From Octopus vulgaris (Eukaryota), in assembly GCA_951406725.2 (NCBI GenBank), contig OX597825.1:68262001-68326000 (forward strand): a stretch of DNA of 64,000 nt. The letters run 5' to 3'. Every line of letters starts with the position of its first letter. Position 1 is the first letter of the stretch. The position numbers were made by a program, and so were the translations under genes. Shown piece after piece: positions 1 to 12,598 of this stretch. The notes beneath the pieces were generated by a model. That model searched no databases. It was not told the origin of the DNA and was given only the letters and a program-made list of their open reading frames with translations.

Positions 1-171
1 TTTTTAAATCGTAGACTCATCGTAGACGCGCGCTAATACCCAGAAGGGCTCGATATGAATCACGACTATAAGATACCCGCTTTTGGTTACACTGCACCGC
101 AAAATGTGGGAGTAGTTAGGAATCTAAATCGTAGGAGACAGACACACAACTTCACTTTTATATATAAAGAT
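1..171 (-). mobile_element. Possible 5' end of a non-autonomous Helitron
   Basis: Reverse strand begins A|TCTTTATATATAAAA followed by gtgtctgtct, typical of Helitron 5' ends; CpGs intact. Confidence 0.35.
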
Positions 172-261
172 ATATATTGTTTCTGGTATAAATTAATATT
201 ACTAAGAAATATTACCGGTCCCCGGCACATTGGGGGAAAAAAAAACTGTCAGTATGCCACA

Positions 262-540
262 TCAGATAGTTTGAGAAGTACTGATCTAGGAGACCAAGTT
301 AGCAGTGGGGGAGGGAGTTTTAAAAGTGTAGTTGCTAGAATAAAAACAGGCTGGGCAATATTCAGAGAGCTCCTACATTTTTTGGTAACTAAGGGTCTCT
401 CCTTCAGAATGACAGGCAGATTATATAATGCCTGTGTATGTAAAGCTATGTTACATAGCAGTGAAACATGGGCTTTGAGTACAGAGGACTTGTGAAGGCT
501 TGAAAGAAATTAAGCTAGCATGCTCTGCTGGATAGGTAAT
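262..540 (+). mobile_element. Decayed RTE-clade LINE ORF2 C-terminal fragment
   Basis: LGDQVSSGGG..ARIKTGWAIFREL..GRLYNACV..MLHSSETW..*RLERN*ASMLCW with in-frame stops. Confidence 0.8.
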
Positions 541-730
541 TCACTCACAATACATTGGTTGACCTGGGGTCATAGAAAAAGATGCTTGCCTGAAGTGCTA
601 TGCAGTGTGAATGAATTGAAACCACGTGGTTGCAAAGTTAGCTTCTTAACCAAACAGTTATGCCTGTGCTTTTATCTCTTCCAAACAAAATTCATCCAGT
701 TTTTAGTTGCAATATCATGTTTATAACATC

Positions 731-1242
731 ACTCTTTTACTTGTTTCAGTCATTTGACTGTGGCCATGCTGGAGCACCGCCTTTAGTCAAGCAAATCGAC
801 CCCAGGACTTATTCTTTGCAAGCCTAGTACTTATTCTATTGGTCTCTTTTGCCGAACCGCTAAGTTACGGGGATGTAAACACGCCAGCATCATTTTCATC
901 ATTATTCTAGAATAACAATTCAGCATCATTATTCTAGAATAAGTACTAGAATAAGTAAGCCTAGTACTTATTCTATCGGTCTCTTTTGCTGAACCGCTAA
1001 GTTACGGGGATGTAAACACACCAGCATAGGTTGTCAAACGATATAGGGGGTACAAACACAGAACACAAACATCTACATATATATGACAGGCTTCTTTCAG
1101 TTTCTGTCTACCAAATCCACTCACAAGGCTTTGGTCAGCCTGAGGCTATAGTAGAAGACACTTGCCCAAGGTGCCACGCAGTGGGACTGAACCCAGAACC
1201 ATGTGGTTGGTAAGCAAGCTACTTACCACACAGCCCCTCCTG
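731..1242 (-). mobile_element. tRNA-derived octopus SINE (family A) with internal duplication
   Basis: Same sequence as copies at 26571, 50663, 54343, 56060 and 61481. Segment ~821-888 is repeated at ~959-1028. Confidence 0.88.
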
Positions 1243-1244
1243 TC

Positions 1245-1590
1245 CATCAGTTTTGCTGCTTCTGTAGAAGCATCTTCTTGAGTATCTCCTTTACCATGGT
1301 AACTGTTGCCGCTGCTGATGTTATACCACTTATTGCAATAAAACCTCCCTGTACTTCTTCATTGTCTTTGCAAGTAAATAATGCATGTCCTACTTTGCCA
1401 GATATTTTCAACATCTCAGTGACTTTCACTGAAACTCCTGCTGCTTTCTCAGTCATCATATCCTTAATGGCCTGTTTAACCATATAACTGTTAACCTCAA
1501 TAGCAAGTCCCTCCGTTGTACCTACTTAGATTAAATCTCCCCTACTCTCTCTCTTTTCCCAATACATTCCCCTTATTCAACAATCTTATT
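1245..1590 (-). mobile_element. Decayed RTE LINE ORF2 fragment (pre-RT region)
   Basis: VKQAIKDMMTEKAAGVS..EMLKISGKVG resembles the AIKxMKxGKAAGPS..EMLK motif. Confidence 0.65.
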
Positions 1591-2394
1591 CAACAAGTCT
1601 TAGCTGGAATGCTTTTGATCAGAAGTTTATGGCTTAGATTTAAGTCTGAGGGATGACTTAAATCTAAGCCATAGCCTCTCGTAGTATCATTTCTACACCA
1701 CTTCTTACTATCATTTGGAGTGAGTACACCATGCTTTACACCAGTGGTGTCTTGATTTACAAACACACTGCTTTGCAATATAAAACACTTCATAGCTCTG
1801 ACCTCAAATTGTGAAACAGCAGAGCATAAGCAAAACTTTTACTTTCATTGCCTTTCCTTGCTGGGGATGGGTGTCTTATGAAAACATTGTAACCAGAATA
1901 AGGGATGGGTAGACAAAGTTCAGAAAATTATTACCTCTGTTGACACGAAGATGTTCACTCTTCAAGTAAACAGCAGATATGCTTATTTCATATGATATGA
2001 TATTTGTAGTAAAGATTGATATTGAATAATAGCAAGACAAGACATGGGCTCTGAATATGGAGGGCATATGAAGGTTGGAAAGAAATGAGGTGAGCATGCT
2101 CAGTTGGTTGTGTAATGTTAGTGTACATAAAGAATAGTGTTGAAAGAAAAATTAGGTATCAGAGTTAACACTTACACTACATCAGACAAGACTATATGTG
2201 TGGACAGGTGAAGTGTATAAAGAGTGATGGCTTGGTGAAAATGTTCCAAGTGTTTCAGATGGATAGACTTAACAATGGAGACATAGGACAAAGTTTGTTT
2301 TAAGACCCAGTCGCATTTTCAAACCTAAAACCAATTGTCTTATGCGTACCTTTCCTTCATTGGACACTAAACTCTGCTTGGAAAGTCCTGTTGA

Positions 2395-2888
2395 GGCAAG
2401 TGAAATCAAAATCGAAATCAAATTCGATGACTGCCATCCATCGTAGTGGACTGCTAAGGGTACAATACGAGTGTGATCATTGCCAGAGCAACAAATTGGC
2501 CTCCGTGCCGGTGGCACATAAAAAGCACCATTCGAGCGTGATCGTTACCTGCGTCACCTTACTAGCACTTGTGCTGGTGGCATGTGAAAAACATTCAAGC
2601 GAGGTCGTTGCCAGTGCCGCTGGACTGGCTCCTGTGCAGGTGGCACATAAAAAGCACCATTTGAGCATGGCCGTTGCACATACCGCTTGACTGGCCCTCG
2701 TGCTGGTGGCACGTAAAAGCACCCACTACATTCTCAGAGTGGTTGGCATTAGGAAGGGCATCCAGCTGCAGAAACTCTGCCAGATCAGATTGGAGTCTGG
2801 TGCAGTCATCTGGTTCGCCAGTCCTCAGTCAAATCATCCAACCCATGCTAGCATGGAAAACGGACATTAAACAATGATGATGATGATG
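2395..2888 (+). mobile_element. Retroposon family C with four ~63-66-bp internal units and (GAT)n tail
   Basis: ggtggcacRtaaaaagcacc-like motif at 2510, 2576, 2639 and 2705; 3' end catgctagcatggaaaacggac..(gat)n; homologous to 49607-50032. Confidence 0.8.
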
Positions 2889-3116
2889 TAGACAAGCATC
2901 ATACAATCTGCTGTTTACTGAAAAGAGAACATCTTTGTGTTAACAGAGGCAATAGTTTTCTGAACTTTGTCTACTCCTCCCTTACCTAAGCCTAACCCCT
3001 CACTTCCTCTGGTTACAATGTTTTCTCAAAACACCCCTCTTAGCAAGGAAAGATGATGAAAATAAAAGTTTTGCTTATGTTCTGTTGTTTTGCACTTTGA
3101 GGTCAGAGCTATGAAG

Positions 3117-3647
3117 TATGAGGTGGGCTGAAAAGTTCACAGGCTGACTATGAAGGAATGATGCTACACCTGTGATATCTTGCATGCCTTAATTTCAACC
3201 TTTCTTGTTAATAAGTGCATTGTTTCCTCCCAAGTAAAACTAACATCTGACGAATGGGATCTTGTTTCATTAGGACAATGCTCCAGTACTCAAGTCATTG
3301 ATTTCAATGGCTGCTGTGTGTGACTGTGGCTTTGAACTAATTGATCACCCTCTAGGCACTTCTGATTTGGCCCTTTCTGAATATCAGCTATTCCTCAACA
3401 GGAAAAAAAAAATACTTATTAACAAGAAGGGTTGAAATTAAGGCATGCAAGATTTCACATCTGTTGCATCATTCCTTCATAGTCAGCCTGTGAACCAGTA
3501 TTGCAACAATAATGATGACACATCTGCTATTGATGATTTTTTTTGACCAACAGGAAGAAAGCTTCTTCACCAAAAGGATCCAATGGGATGCAACACTCCA
3601 TGAGAATATCTTGGTTGGCCTCTGAACATTTCAACCAACCTTTGTAT
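3117..3647 (+). mobile_element. Internally deleted and rearranged mariner derivative
   Basis: TA-flanked ends matching the 42191-43381 element; remnants FHxDNAP and HPxxxSDLALSEY; inverted copy of its own left end at ~3418-3496. Confidence 0.75.
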
Positions 3648-3755
3648 TTTATACAGCAAAGCAGTGTGTTTGTAAATGAAAGCACTTACCCTAAATTAAA
3701 ACAGTTCTTAAAATTAATTACCTTTAGGGACATTGCATTTTATTATACAATCATG

Positions 3756-4167
3756 GGATCTTTTTGGCTTGAATGGCAGTTTTTTCTAGTGGTGTCATAT
3801 GAAATTGCCACCCATAATTATGACCCTAGTATCGATCTATCGCATTTCAATCTATTTTAGGGTTAGGGGTGGGGGAAGGGTATCTTTTTTTCTTCACAAA
3901 TGTAAATAAAGCCAATCTGTTTCTTAAACGAGGGACATATTCATATGGCATAGAATGTTGTTTACCTCAATGGACGTCAATGATTGGTTGAAATTGCAGA
4001 AAGTGAAGAAAAAACAACAATAAATATCTTACAAACTATAGAATTTTCTCAATAAAGCCAAGAGAAAAAGATGTTTTATGTAACACATTCTACCAGTATA
4101 CGAAGTTTAAAATCTTTTAGTTACCTAGAAATTATGTTAAAAACTGCCGTTCAAACCGAAAAGATCC
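3756..4167. mobile_element. MITE with GGATC termini and 8-bp TSD (Merlin-like)
   Basis: ~28-bp TIR ggatctttt(c/t)gg(t/c)ttgaa(c/t)ggcagttttt; TSD CAATCATG on both sides. Confidence 0.85.
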
Positions 4168-4240
4168 CAATCATGATATACTACATTGTATATTAAATGT
4201 TTTTATGAGTCAATACTGTGTTAGTAGTGCTTTTACACCA

Positions 4241-4456
4241 CTTGTTAATGTTATATCCACAGATTTTCAATAGAGATTATAACCAGCACTGATTGTTTTA
4301 TGACATTTCATATCTGAGATGCCTGATATAACAAGAATGAGGTTGAAGATGAAATGTATATGCCATATTTTAAGTGTCTCAGACACGAAATGTCATAACA
4401 AAATCAGTGTTGACCATAATTTTCAATAGAAAATCTGTGGAGATAACCTGAACAAG
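4241..4456. repeat. Fold-back element (~85-bp arms), probable MITE
   Basis: tccacagatttt / aaaatctgtgga; cactgatt / aatcagtg; ttatgacatttc / gaaatgtcataa; tctgaga / tctcaga. Confidence 0.8.
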
Positions 4457-5061
4457 TTTTTTAAATATTTAAAATATTTTTAAAATTTATCAAAATACCA
4501 TACTGATATGTTTGAAAAAACATACATACAGCAAGTGGAAACTCACTTGCAGACAGCAGGAGAAATATTTAGAGGAAGAACTCCCATCAGGCATTTCAGC
4601 CCCTTACAGATTAACCTTCAGCACACTGTAGGTGCATTATGTCACCATAAAGACAGAGGAAACAGTTCTAGAGAAAATATACTGTGCTAAAGGTTAAACT
4701 TTCAAGTTTCCTGGCAAAACATGCATGTCTGAAAAATACCACATATCAGTCCAGTCAACGGTACACATACCATCTTCATTATCTTCACCATCATTTTACA
4801 TCTGCTTTCCCTATTGACATGAACTGGATGTAACATGGTCCAAAATAGTTCTTATTTGGGGTTACTACGCTCCAAGATGGGTCAACAAACCTTATCTTGC
4901 TTGCATATTTCAGTTTTGCCCTGGTTTCGCTGGATGTCCACCTTATAACAAACCACCTTACAGAGTCTATTTGGTGTACGCTATCATAGCACCAATACTA
5001 GTGAGGTTGTCATGTCCTCGAGAAGACTAAAGAGGCCCCTTGAACACCAAGTCATTTTTAC

Positions 5062-5462
5062 TTAAGTTAAGTTAGTTAAGTTAATTTTTTGGCTCAAAAA
5101 GCAAAAAGCAAGGCCATGTAGGGGGATATGGAATTATGTACAGTGTGGTGTTCATGCCATTTCTGGTCAAGAGAGACTTTGAACCGAGCGGTTGTCGGCA
5201 TCTTCACTATCTCGTCCAGCAGCTTATTCCACAGATCTGCAACCCGGACGGAGAAAGCCCCTCTCCTTCGATTGAGATGAAATCGTCGCAGATAGAGCTT
5301 TTCGGAGAGACCCCACAGCCCACGCTCTGGAGCAGGAGTGAAGAACAGCTCTTTCGAGAGGTTACACTTTCCGCTTATGATGTTGTGAGCAAGAATGAGA
5401 TCATCACGGCGGCGGCGTTTTTCTAGAGAATAAAGGTCGAGCGTCTTCAGCCTTTCTTCATA
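5062..5462 (-). mobile_element. 5'-truncated CR1-clade LINE 3' end
   Basis: Minus-strand translation YEERLKTLDLYSLEKRRRRDDLI...RRGAFSVRVADLWNKL...FKVSLD without stops, followed by a short 3'UTR and a (TAACT)n-like tail. Confidence 0.9.
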
Positions 5463-5727
5463 TACACTTGTCCACTAACTATCTACAAAGTTTGTGTGTG
5501 TGTGTGATATTGGATGAAAATGGTTCCTAGATAATTTTTTCCCACCTAGAAATGTCTCTTTTTGGCATTTTCAATTTTGTTGAAATTTGTCTTATAAGTA
5601 TTTTGAAATAATTTTCCTTTCCCTCTTTGGCAGTTTCTCAAATTTTTTGTTTGCTTCACTGTTAGATATTGTATTTTGAACATTCTCAAATCCATTTGTT
5701 TTCCTTCCTTACTATAGATGCCTACAC

Positions 5728-5730
<3 letters not shown>

Positions 5731-5797
<67 letters not shown>

Positions 5798-5940
5798 AAG
5801 AGAGAGATAGAGAGAGAGATAGAAAGAGAGAGATAGAGAGAGAGATAGAAAGAGAGAGAGAGAGAAAGAGAGAGGGAGATAGAGAGAGAGATGTGTATGT
5901 GTGTGTATATATCTAAATATATGTACATGTACATATATAT
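5731..5940. repeat. (TA)n/(GA)n compound microsatellite
   Basis: Direct inspection. Confidence 0.95.
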
Positions 5941-6074
5941 AGCCTATATGTAGTAGGTAAGTTTTATATCATGTGTATAATATATACAATAATTTTTTTT
6001 TTTTTCAGAGGAAAAGTAATGTTGACTATTTAGTAGCCACCATGTCTTAAAATTTTGTGTTATGTGACCTTCTA

Positions 6075-6773
6075 GAACGATTCACCGGCAATACATTAGC
6101 TGACCTATTCGTCCTTCTCCCTTCCTACATTTAACGCATTCTTTCCATTGCCAACCACCATCACTTTCCGTTCGTTAAAGATTTACGGGAAAAAACGGAA
6201 CATTTGCCGCTTTGTTCCGGACATTTTTTAATTCTGCCTTTATTACATATATTTATGTTGTTTCATATTTTTGATGCACGTATGACGGAAATTACCGAGA
6301 ACTACCGAGCAACCGTAAATTAGTCATTCACAAATTTACCTCCTCCTCCTGCATGTCATTCTGTCTTCCCCGTCTATTTTACTTACTCTACCTTCACCTC
6401 ATATTTTTCCTGTTACTTTATGTTAATTACTTGCTGCAGCGTTTAGTTCGTAAAAATGTGTTAAATCTATTTCAGCTTTAAACTTTTTTTTTTTCACTAA
6501 GAAACCATATATTATTACATTTACTACACCAAGCGAAAAATTAAGACGAAAAAAATAATAAAATCACTTTAAAACAGAAATAAGTAATAATCTGAAAAAA
6601 AAATTCCAACGGAAATTGCCGAACAATAAGTGTTTCGATGTAGGCCATGTGCTTCAACGGAACCCCAGTGCCCGGATGCTCATGAACATTTTTGATGTCA
6701 ATCGTTTAGTTTCCTTTACTTTTGGCCACGGTATACCTTTATAAAACTCAATACTTCCAAGCTGTGGGTAAGT
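6075..6773. promoter_or_regulatory. Candidate promoter / non-coding first exon (CpG-retaining, ETS-like CGGAA motifs, donor GTAAGT at 6768)
   Basis: CpG visibly frequent compared with flanks; ACGGAA at ~6195, 6285, 6609 and 6657; cggaaattRccga occurs twice; consensus + strand donor. Confidence 0.4.
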
Positions 6774-6924
6774 GGATGTTTATTATAAAATACTGCTGCT
6801 GTGTGTGGTCTTTCGTTTTGTGGAAAAAAAATTGTAATTAACGATGTGGGGGGTTTTATATAATAATAATAATAATTATAATAATACTAAGCAGCGAAGT
6901 TGTATTGTGCTCATGTGGTGGATA

Positions 6925-7105
6925 TGTGCGTGTGTGTGTGTGTATATATATATATATGTATAAGAATATGATTGATGATATATATTATATATATATATAT
7001 ATCTGTATGTGTTTGTGTGTATATTATTCCGAAATGTATTAAATATTCATCACGGCTGATCCTACCAATTGGTTATATATATATAGATGTGTATATATGA
7101 GTCAG

Positions 7106-7148
<43 letters not shown>

Positions 7149-7453
7149 CACACGAATCCATAGATGTGTATATATATATATATATATGTCTAGTTGGGTG
7201 TGTATATATATGAATATATGTAACGTGTGTGTATATATATATATATGTGTGTGTGTGTGTATGTGTATATATATATATATATACACACACGAATCCATAG
7301 ATGTGTGTATATATGTCTACATGGGTGTGTGTATATATGAATATATGTAATGTGTATATATATATATAGAGAGAGAGATGTGTGTGTATATATCTATGTG
7401 AATGCCTATATATATAAATATAGGTACTTATGTATACTATATGTGTGTGTATG

Positions 7454-7484
<31 letters not shown>

Positions 7485-7644
7485 TATACACACAATAAAA
7501 CAATGTATTATATACATAGGTGCATGTTTATTGGTGTGTGGGGGCGAGCAGTGGATCTCGAAACGCATATAGCTGTAAATAATAGCATGTAAATATTGAA
7601 CTGAAAATCCCTTTTGGATAGAAAAGTCTCAGGCACATACAGTA

Positions 7645-7686
<42 letters not shown>

Positions 7687-8167
7687 TATGTGTGTACTTG
7701 GAAAATCCATGTAGTTATAAGGTGCAAGGTTAGCAGGTTGTCTACAATATATTTCTATAATCTTATGTATATTTGGAGAGTAATGTTTGTGGGTTTCTTA
7801 AATATCATTTCTGGAAGAAAAAAAATGGAAAATTACCACAGTTTCTCTTTACAGAATACCAACATAAATTCACTTTCTTCTTTTGCAATCATCCATCCAT
7901 CCAAGCTTTATACTTCTCCATCATTCTAACTACCTATATTTGTGTGTATACACAAACACTATATACTCTATACTTATATTCTTAACTGTATATATACATA
8001 AATATATATATATATATATATAAATTTCAGGGTAGCAAAAAAAAATTTTGAAAAATTCTTTGCTACTTTGGTCTAGTGAGAATAAGTGGTTTAGAGTTTA
8101 ACTACTCTTTCTAGCGAGTTAGATGTCCTGCTATGGCCATCTCTTATGTGTTTAAATGAAATGTACA

Positions 8168-8228
<61 letters not shown>

Positions 8229-8500
8229 CACACACTTTATCGATGTGAATGTGCGTCTATCTTTATATATTTTCAATTTCTCTCTCTAAATATATATTGT
8301 GTGTCTATATATATTCATTCGCTCTCTCTATATCTATATATATATATACTATATATATATATATACACATAGAAGCACAGAAAGATATACACAAACTACA
8401 TCTATTCACACATAAAATGTGTGTGTGTATATATTTATATATAATATATATACATATATAATATTCACACATACATACACGTGTGCAAATGTGTGTGTGT
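6925..8500. repeat. Cluster of (TA)n/(TG)n/(CA)n microsatellites
   Basis: Direct inspection; includes a duplicated acacacacgaatccatagatgtg block (~7146 and ~7283). Confidence 0.9.
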
Positions 8501-10126
8501 GAATGGATGTAGTTTTTGTGGCCTTATCGGCTAAAAACAAAACTATTTCTTCTTTTTATAAATAACGCCTGTTTATTGCAATCGACTGTTGCTGCTGATA
8601 ATGGTCAAGTAGTTTTATGTGTCTGGCAATGCTGTTGCTGCTGGTAGCAACCGGGTGGCTGTGTACATATACACACATTGCCACACCAGTAGTAGAGGGA
8701 TAAAATAGAAATAAATATGCCCCCCCCCCCCCGCTTTTGGGTCTATATTTGAATTAAATTTAAATTAACGAAGACTATAAAGCCTTCTGATTGTGCCTTC
8801 TAATATTTAATCCCAGTTTATCGTTAAGATATTTTAGAGATTTCCCTGGAATCTCTGAAATAAATCTGAAATCATGGCGGTTAAGGTGTCTCTCTCTCTC
8901 TCTCTTTCTCTCTCTGTTCTTGTCACCAGATTTTGACTTTGGTCTACCAAAACACCCGGCTTCGGTTTTCCATTGGCAATTTTACATAAATACAGCCTTC
9001 AGCCCTTCACTATTCTATTATCGTGCCACCCCCATGGACACGGGCAATGCATGAGGACCATCACTTCCTTATTGTTTCCCCCACCCCTGTTTGGAATAAA
9101 AATTACAAAAGGAAAAAAAAAAAAAAGGCTTGGCTTGGCTTGGTTAGAACTAACTCCATAGCAAGGAACTGGAATAATAATAGTACTACTAGTTTCAGTT
9201 CGATTTTTAGGTGTAGAGAGAAATTTCGGGAAGCTTTCATGTCCATTCAGGCATTCGGTTGTGTAACCCTGTGTGAAGAACCATTGCCAAGCACGCTTAG
9301 CATCATTACGAGCGTTTCAATTTATTTTCTTCTGTAGTTCACTTCATGGGGAAGGAAAAAGGGCGCGGAATTAGGGGACAAAAATGTAAAAGAAAAGTGA
9401 ATTTTTCTTTTTGAAGTGAAGAGAGAAATTATTCCCGTTATACGAAACACACAGGAATACTAAGAAATGAATATGGTGGGAGGGGAGCACTCTTTTTTCC
9501 TTCTCTCTCCCCTTTAAAAGTGTAGGGCTTCCTTCGTTCGATGTGGATGGCTATTTTCGAAACTCCGCCAAATTGTAGAGAGAGAGCAAGAGGATATTTT
9601 GGCTACCGATACTCGCCAGACCTACTGACCCTCGTGTATTCAAGTTTATTTGGGGATGTCGGAAGAGGTTGGTTGTAAGGTGACGCGGTTCCAGACAGGA
9701 TTCGAAACTTGTAATATGACCTCCACTTAGCAACTCTGCACTCACTACGTGCGTGCTTGTATGTGTGTAAATATATATGTACGTGTGTGTATATATATAT
9801 ATATACATATATACCAAAATTAAGTTTCCATAGTTATTGTTTCACTTCATAGTGTACAATGGTGTATAATACGAACGAAATATCTTAAATAACATTAAGC
9901 TCCTTTGAGGAAGCTCTTCCCATTTTATTTCTTCCTTCTTCTTCTTTGCACCTTTGCTCAATGGACTTTTTTCTTATAAAAGATTATAAAAGCAAATTAA
10001 TAAAATTCGTTAAATTTTCTACACCAGAAATTAAATGAACAACTAAAAAACTTTGCAAAAGGTTGCAGTAACTAACCATATGCGCAATATACATAATGGT
10101 ATTTTATGTGTGTATCTGAGACAGTG

Positions 10127-10158
<32 letters not shown>

Positions 10159-10379
10159 GTGTGTGTATATATAAATGTAGCATTGCTATGACTGCAGTGG
10201 TCTGTTTCATTCGTTCTCCCGGCAACACTCATCAACCAAGACGACGACAACGATGATGACTGCGCCATGCTTTTTCTATTGATTTAGTCTGGTTTGTGCG
10301 TCTTCTCTTTCTCTCTCTCTCTTATTCGTTGCTGTAATTATTTGAGGCTAGGCAGTAATAAAAATAAAAATGAACGTGT

Positions 10380-10412
10380 GATATATCTATATATATTTAC
10401 ACACACAAACAT

Positions 10413-10451
<39 letters not shown>

Positions 10452-10456
10452 ACGCA

Positions 10457-10493
<37 letters not shown>

Positions 10494-10499
10494 GCAAAC

Positions 10500-10536
<37 letters not shown>

Positions 10537-10614
10537 AACATATATATATATATACACACACACACAACATATATATATATATATACACACACACACAAAC
10601 ATATATATATATAC

Positions 10615-10653
<39 letters not shown>

Positions 10654-10770
10654 TATATGCTCATCATTACATACATATGTGTATCCACATATATGTATAT
10701 ACATGTGTATATTAGTTATATACACCTGCATATATATATATATATATATATATAGATGTAGATATACACA
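10380..10770. repeat. (TA)n/(CA)n compound microsatellite
   Basis: Direct inspection. Confidence 0.95.
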
Positions 10771-11383
10771 AAAGTACAACGAAACACCCACCATTTATTT
10801 ATACAGCTTATTGTTTTAAAAAATTATTTCTAGAAATTTAACTTAGATTATTATTATTATTATTATTCATTCTGAGGGGTGAAATATTTGGAAATTTTTA
10901 GAAATCAAATTTCACTTGTCGACTAGTTTATAGATAAGAACATTATTTTATCTTTGCCGTCAACAAAAAAAACTGGCTTTTCTCATTTTTTTGTTTGAAG
11001 AAATTAAGGAAGGAGGCTAAGGTGGAAAGAAGGTAGCATATAAAAGTTATTTTTATACATTTCCTCATCTATATTTTAGACCCAAACTGTGAGATATTTA
11101 TTTATTTGTGTGGTTACTTTTCCATTCATTTATCTTGTCTAAGTGTAGTAATCCAGCAGTGGCACAAATATTTAGCATTATATTTATTAATATAATATAA
11201 TATAATATAATATAATATAATAATTGTGTATTTATTTTCTATAATAGTTTCAAGTTTTACCTGAATTTTTTATTTCAACAGGGCTTCCAGCACCACAACC
11301 TCTTTTAACCGATACATTTACTAAACTAAATCAAGTGTTGAATTTTTTTTAGTCGGCTGTTGCAATCTTTATTGCAAATAAAA

Positions 11384-11384
<1 letters not shown>

Positions 11385-11424
<40 letters not shown>

Positions 11425-11596
11425 CATAGATACATATATATATATATATATACATACATAGATACATATATATATATACATACATAGATACATATATATA
11501 CATACATAAATACATATATATATATACATACATAAATACATATATATATATACATACATAAATACATATATATATATATACATACATAGATACATA

Positions 11597-11630
<34 letters not shown>

Positions 11631-11771
11631 CATAGATACATATATATATATACATACATAGATACATATATATATATACATACATAGATACATATATATA
11701 CATACATAGATACATATATATATATACACATACATAGATATATATATATATACACATACATACATAGATAG

Positions 11772-11808
<37 letters not shown>

Positions 11809-11885
11809 GATAGATACATATATATATATATATACATACATAGATAGATATATATATATATATATATACATACATAGATAGATAC

Positions 11886-11917
<32 letters not shown>

Positions 11918-11926
11918 CATAGATAG

Positions 11927-11963
<37 letters not shown>

Positions 11964-12598
11964 CATAGATAGATACATATATATATATATATATACATAC
12001 ATAGATACATATATATATATATATATACATAGATAGATACATATATATATATATATATATAATACATAGATACATATATATATATATATATAACATACAT
12101 AGATACATATATATATATATATACATACATAGATACATATATATATATATATATACATACATAGATACATATATATATATATATATATACATACATAGAT
12201 ACATATATATATATATATATACATACATAGATACATATATATATATATATATATACACATACATAGATAGATACATATATATATATATATATATATACAT
12301 AGATAGATACATATATATATATATATATATATACATACATAGATACATATATATATATATATATACATACATACATAGATACATATATATATATATACAC
12401 ATACATAGATACATATATATATATATACATACATACATAGATACATATATATATATATACATACATACATAGATACATATATATATATATACACATACAT
12501 AGATACATATATATATATACACATACATAGATACATATATATATATACACATACATAGATACATATATATATATACACATACATAGATACATACATAG
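11385..12598. repeat. 1.2-kb compound tandem array of [CATACATAGATACA(TA)n] units
   Basis: Dozens of units with a variable (TA) spacer; source of the spurious >400-aa YI/MC ORFs. Confidence 0.97.

Larger units (their letters stand above)
1753..3680. repeat. ~230-bp diverged inverted repeat pair (1753-1984 vs 2895-3118 plus 3648-3680)
   Basis: cttcatagctctgacctcaaa / tttgaggtcagagctatgaag; gtagacaaagttcagaaaa / ttttctgaactttgtctac; gtaaacagcagat / atctgctgtttac. Confidence 0.85.

Noticed and set aside
6682-6744. uORF MNIFDVNRLVSFTFGHGIPL resembling the human ZFR N-terminal VVSFTY
   Set aside because: Only a 4-residue match, and it stops before the strong donor; likely chance.
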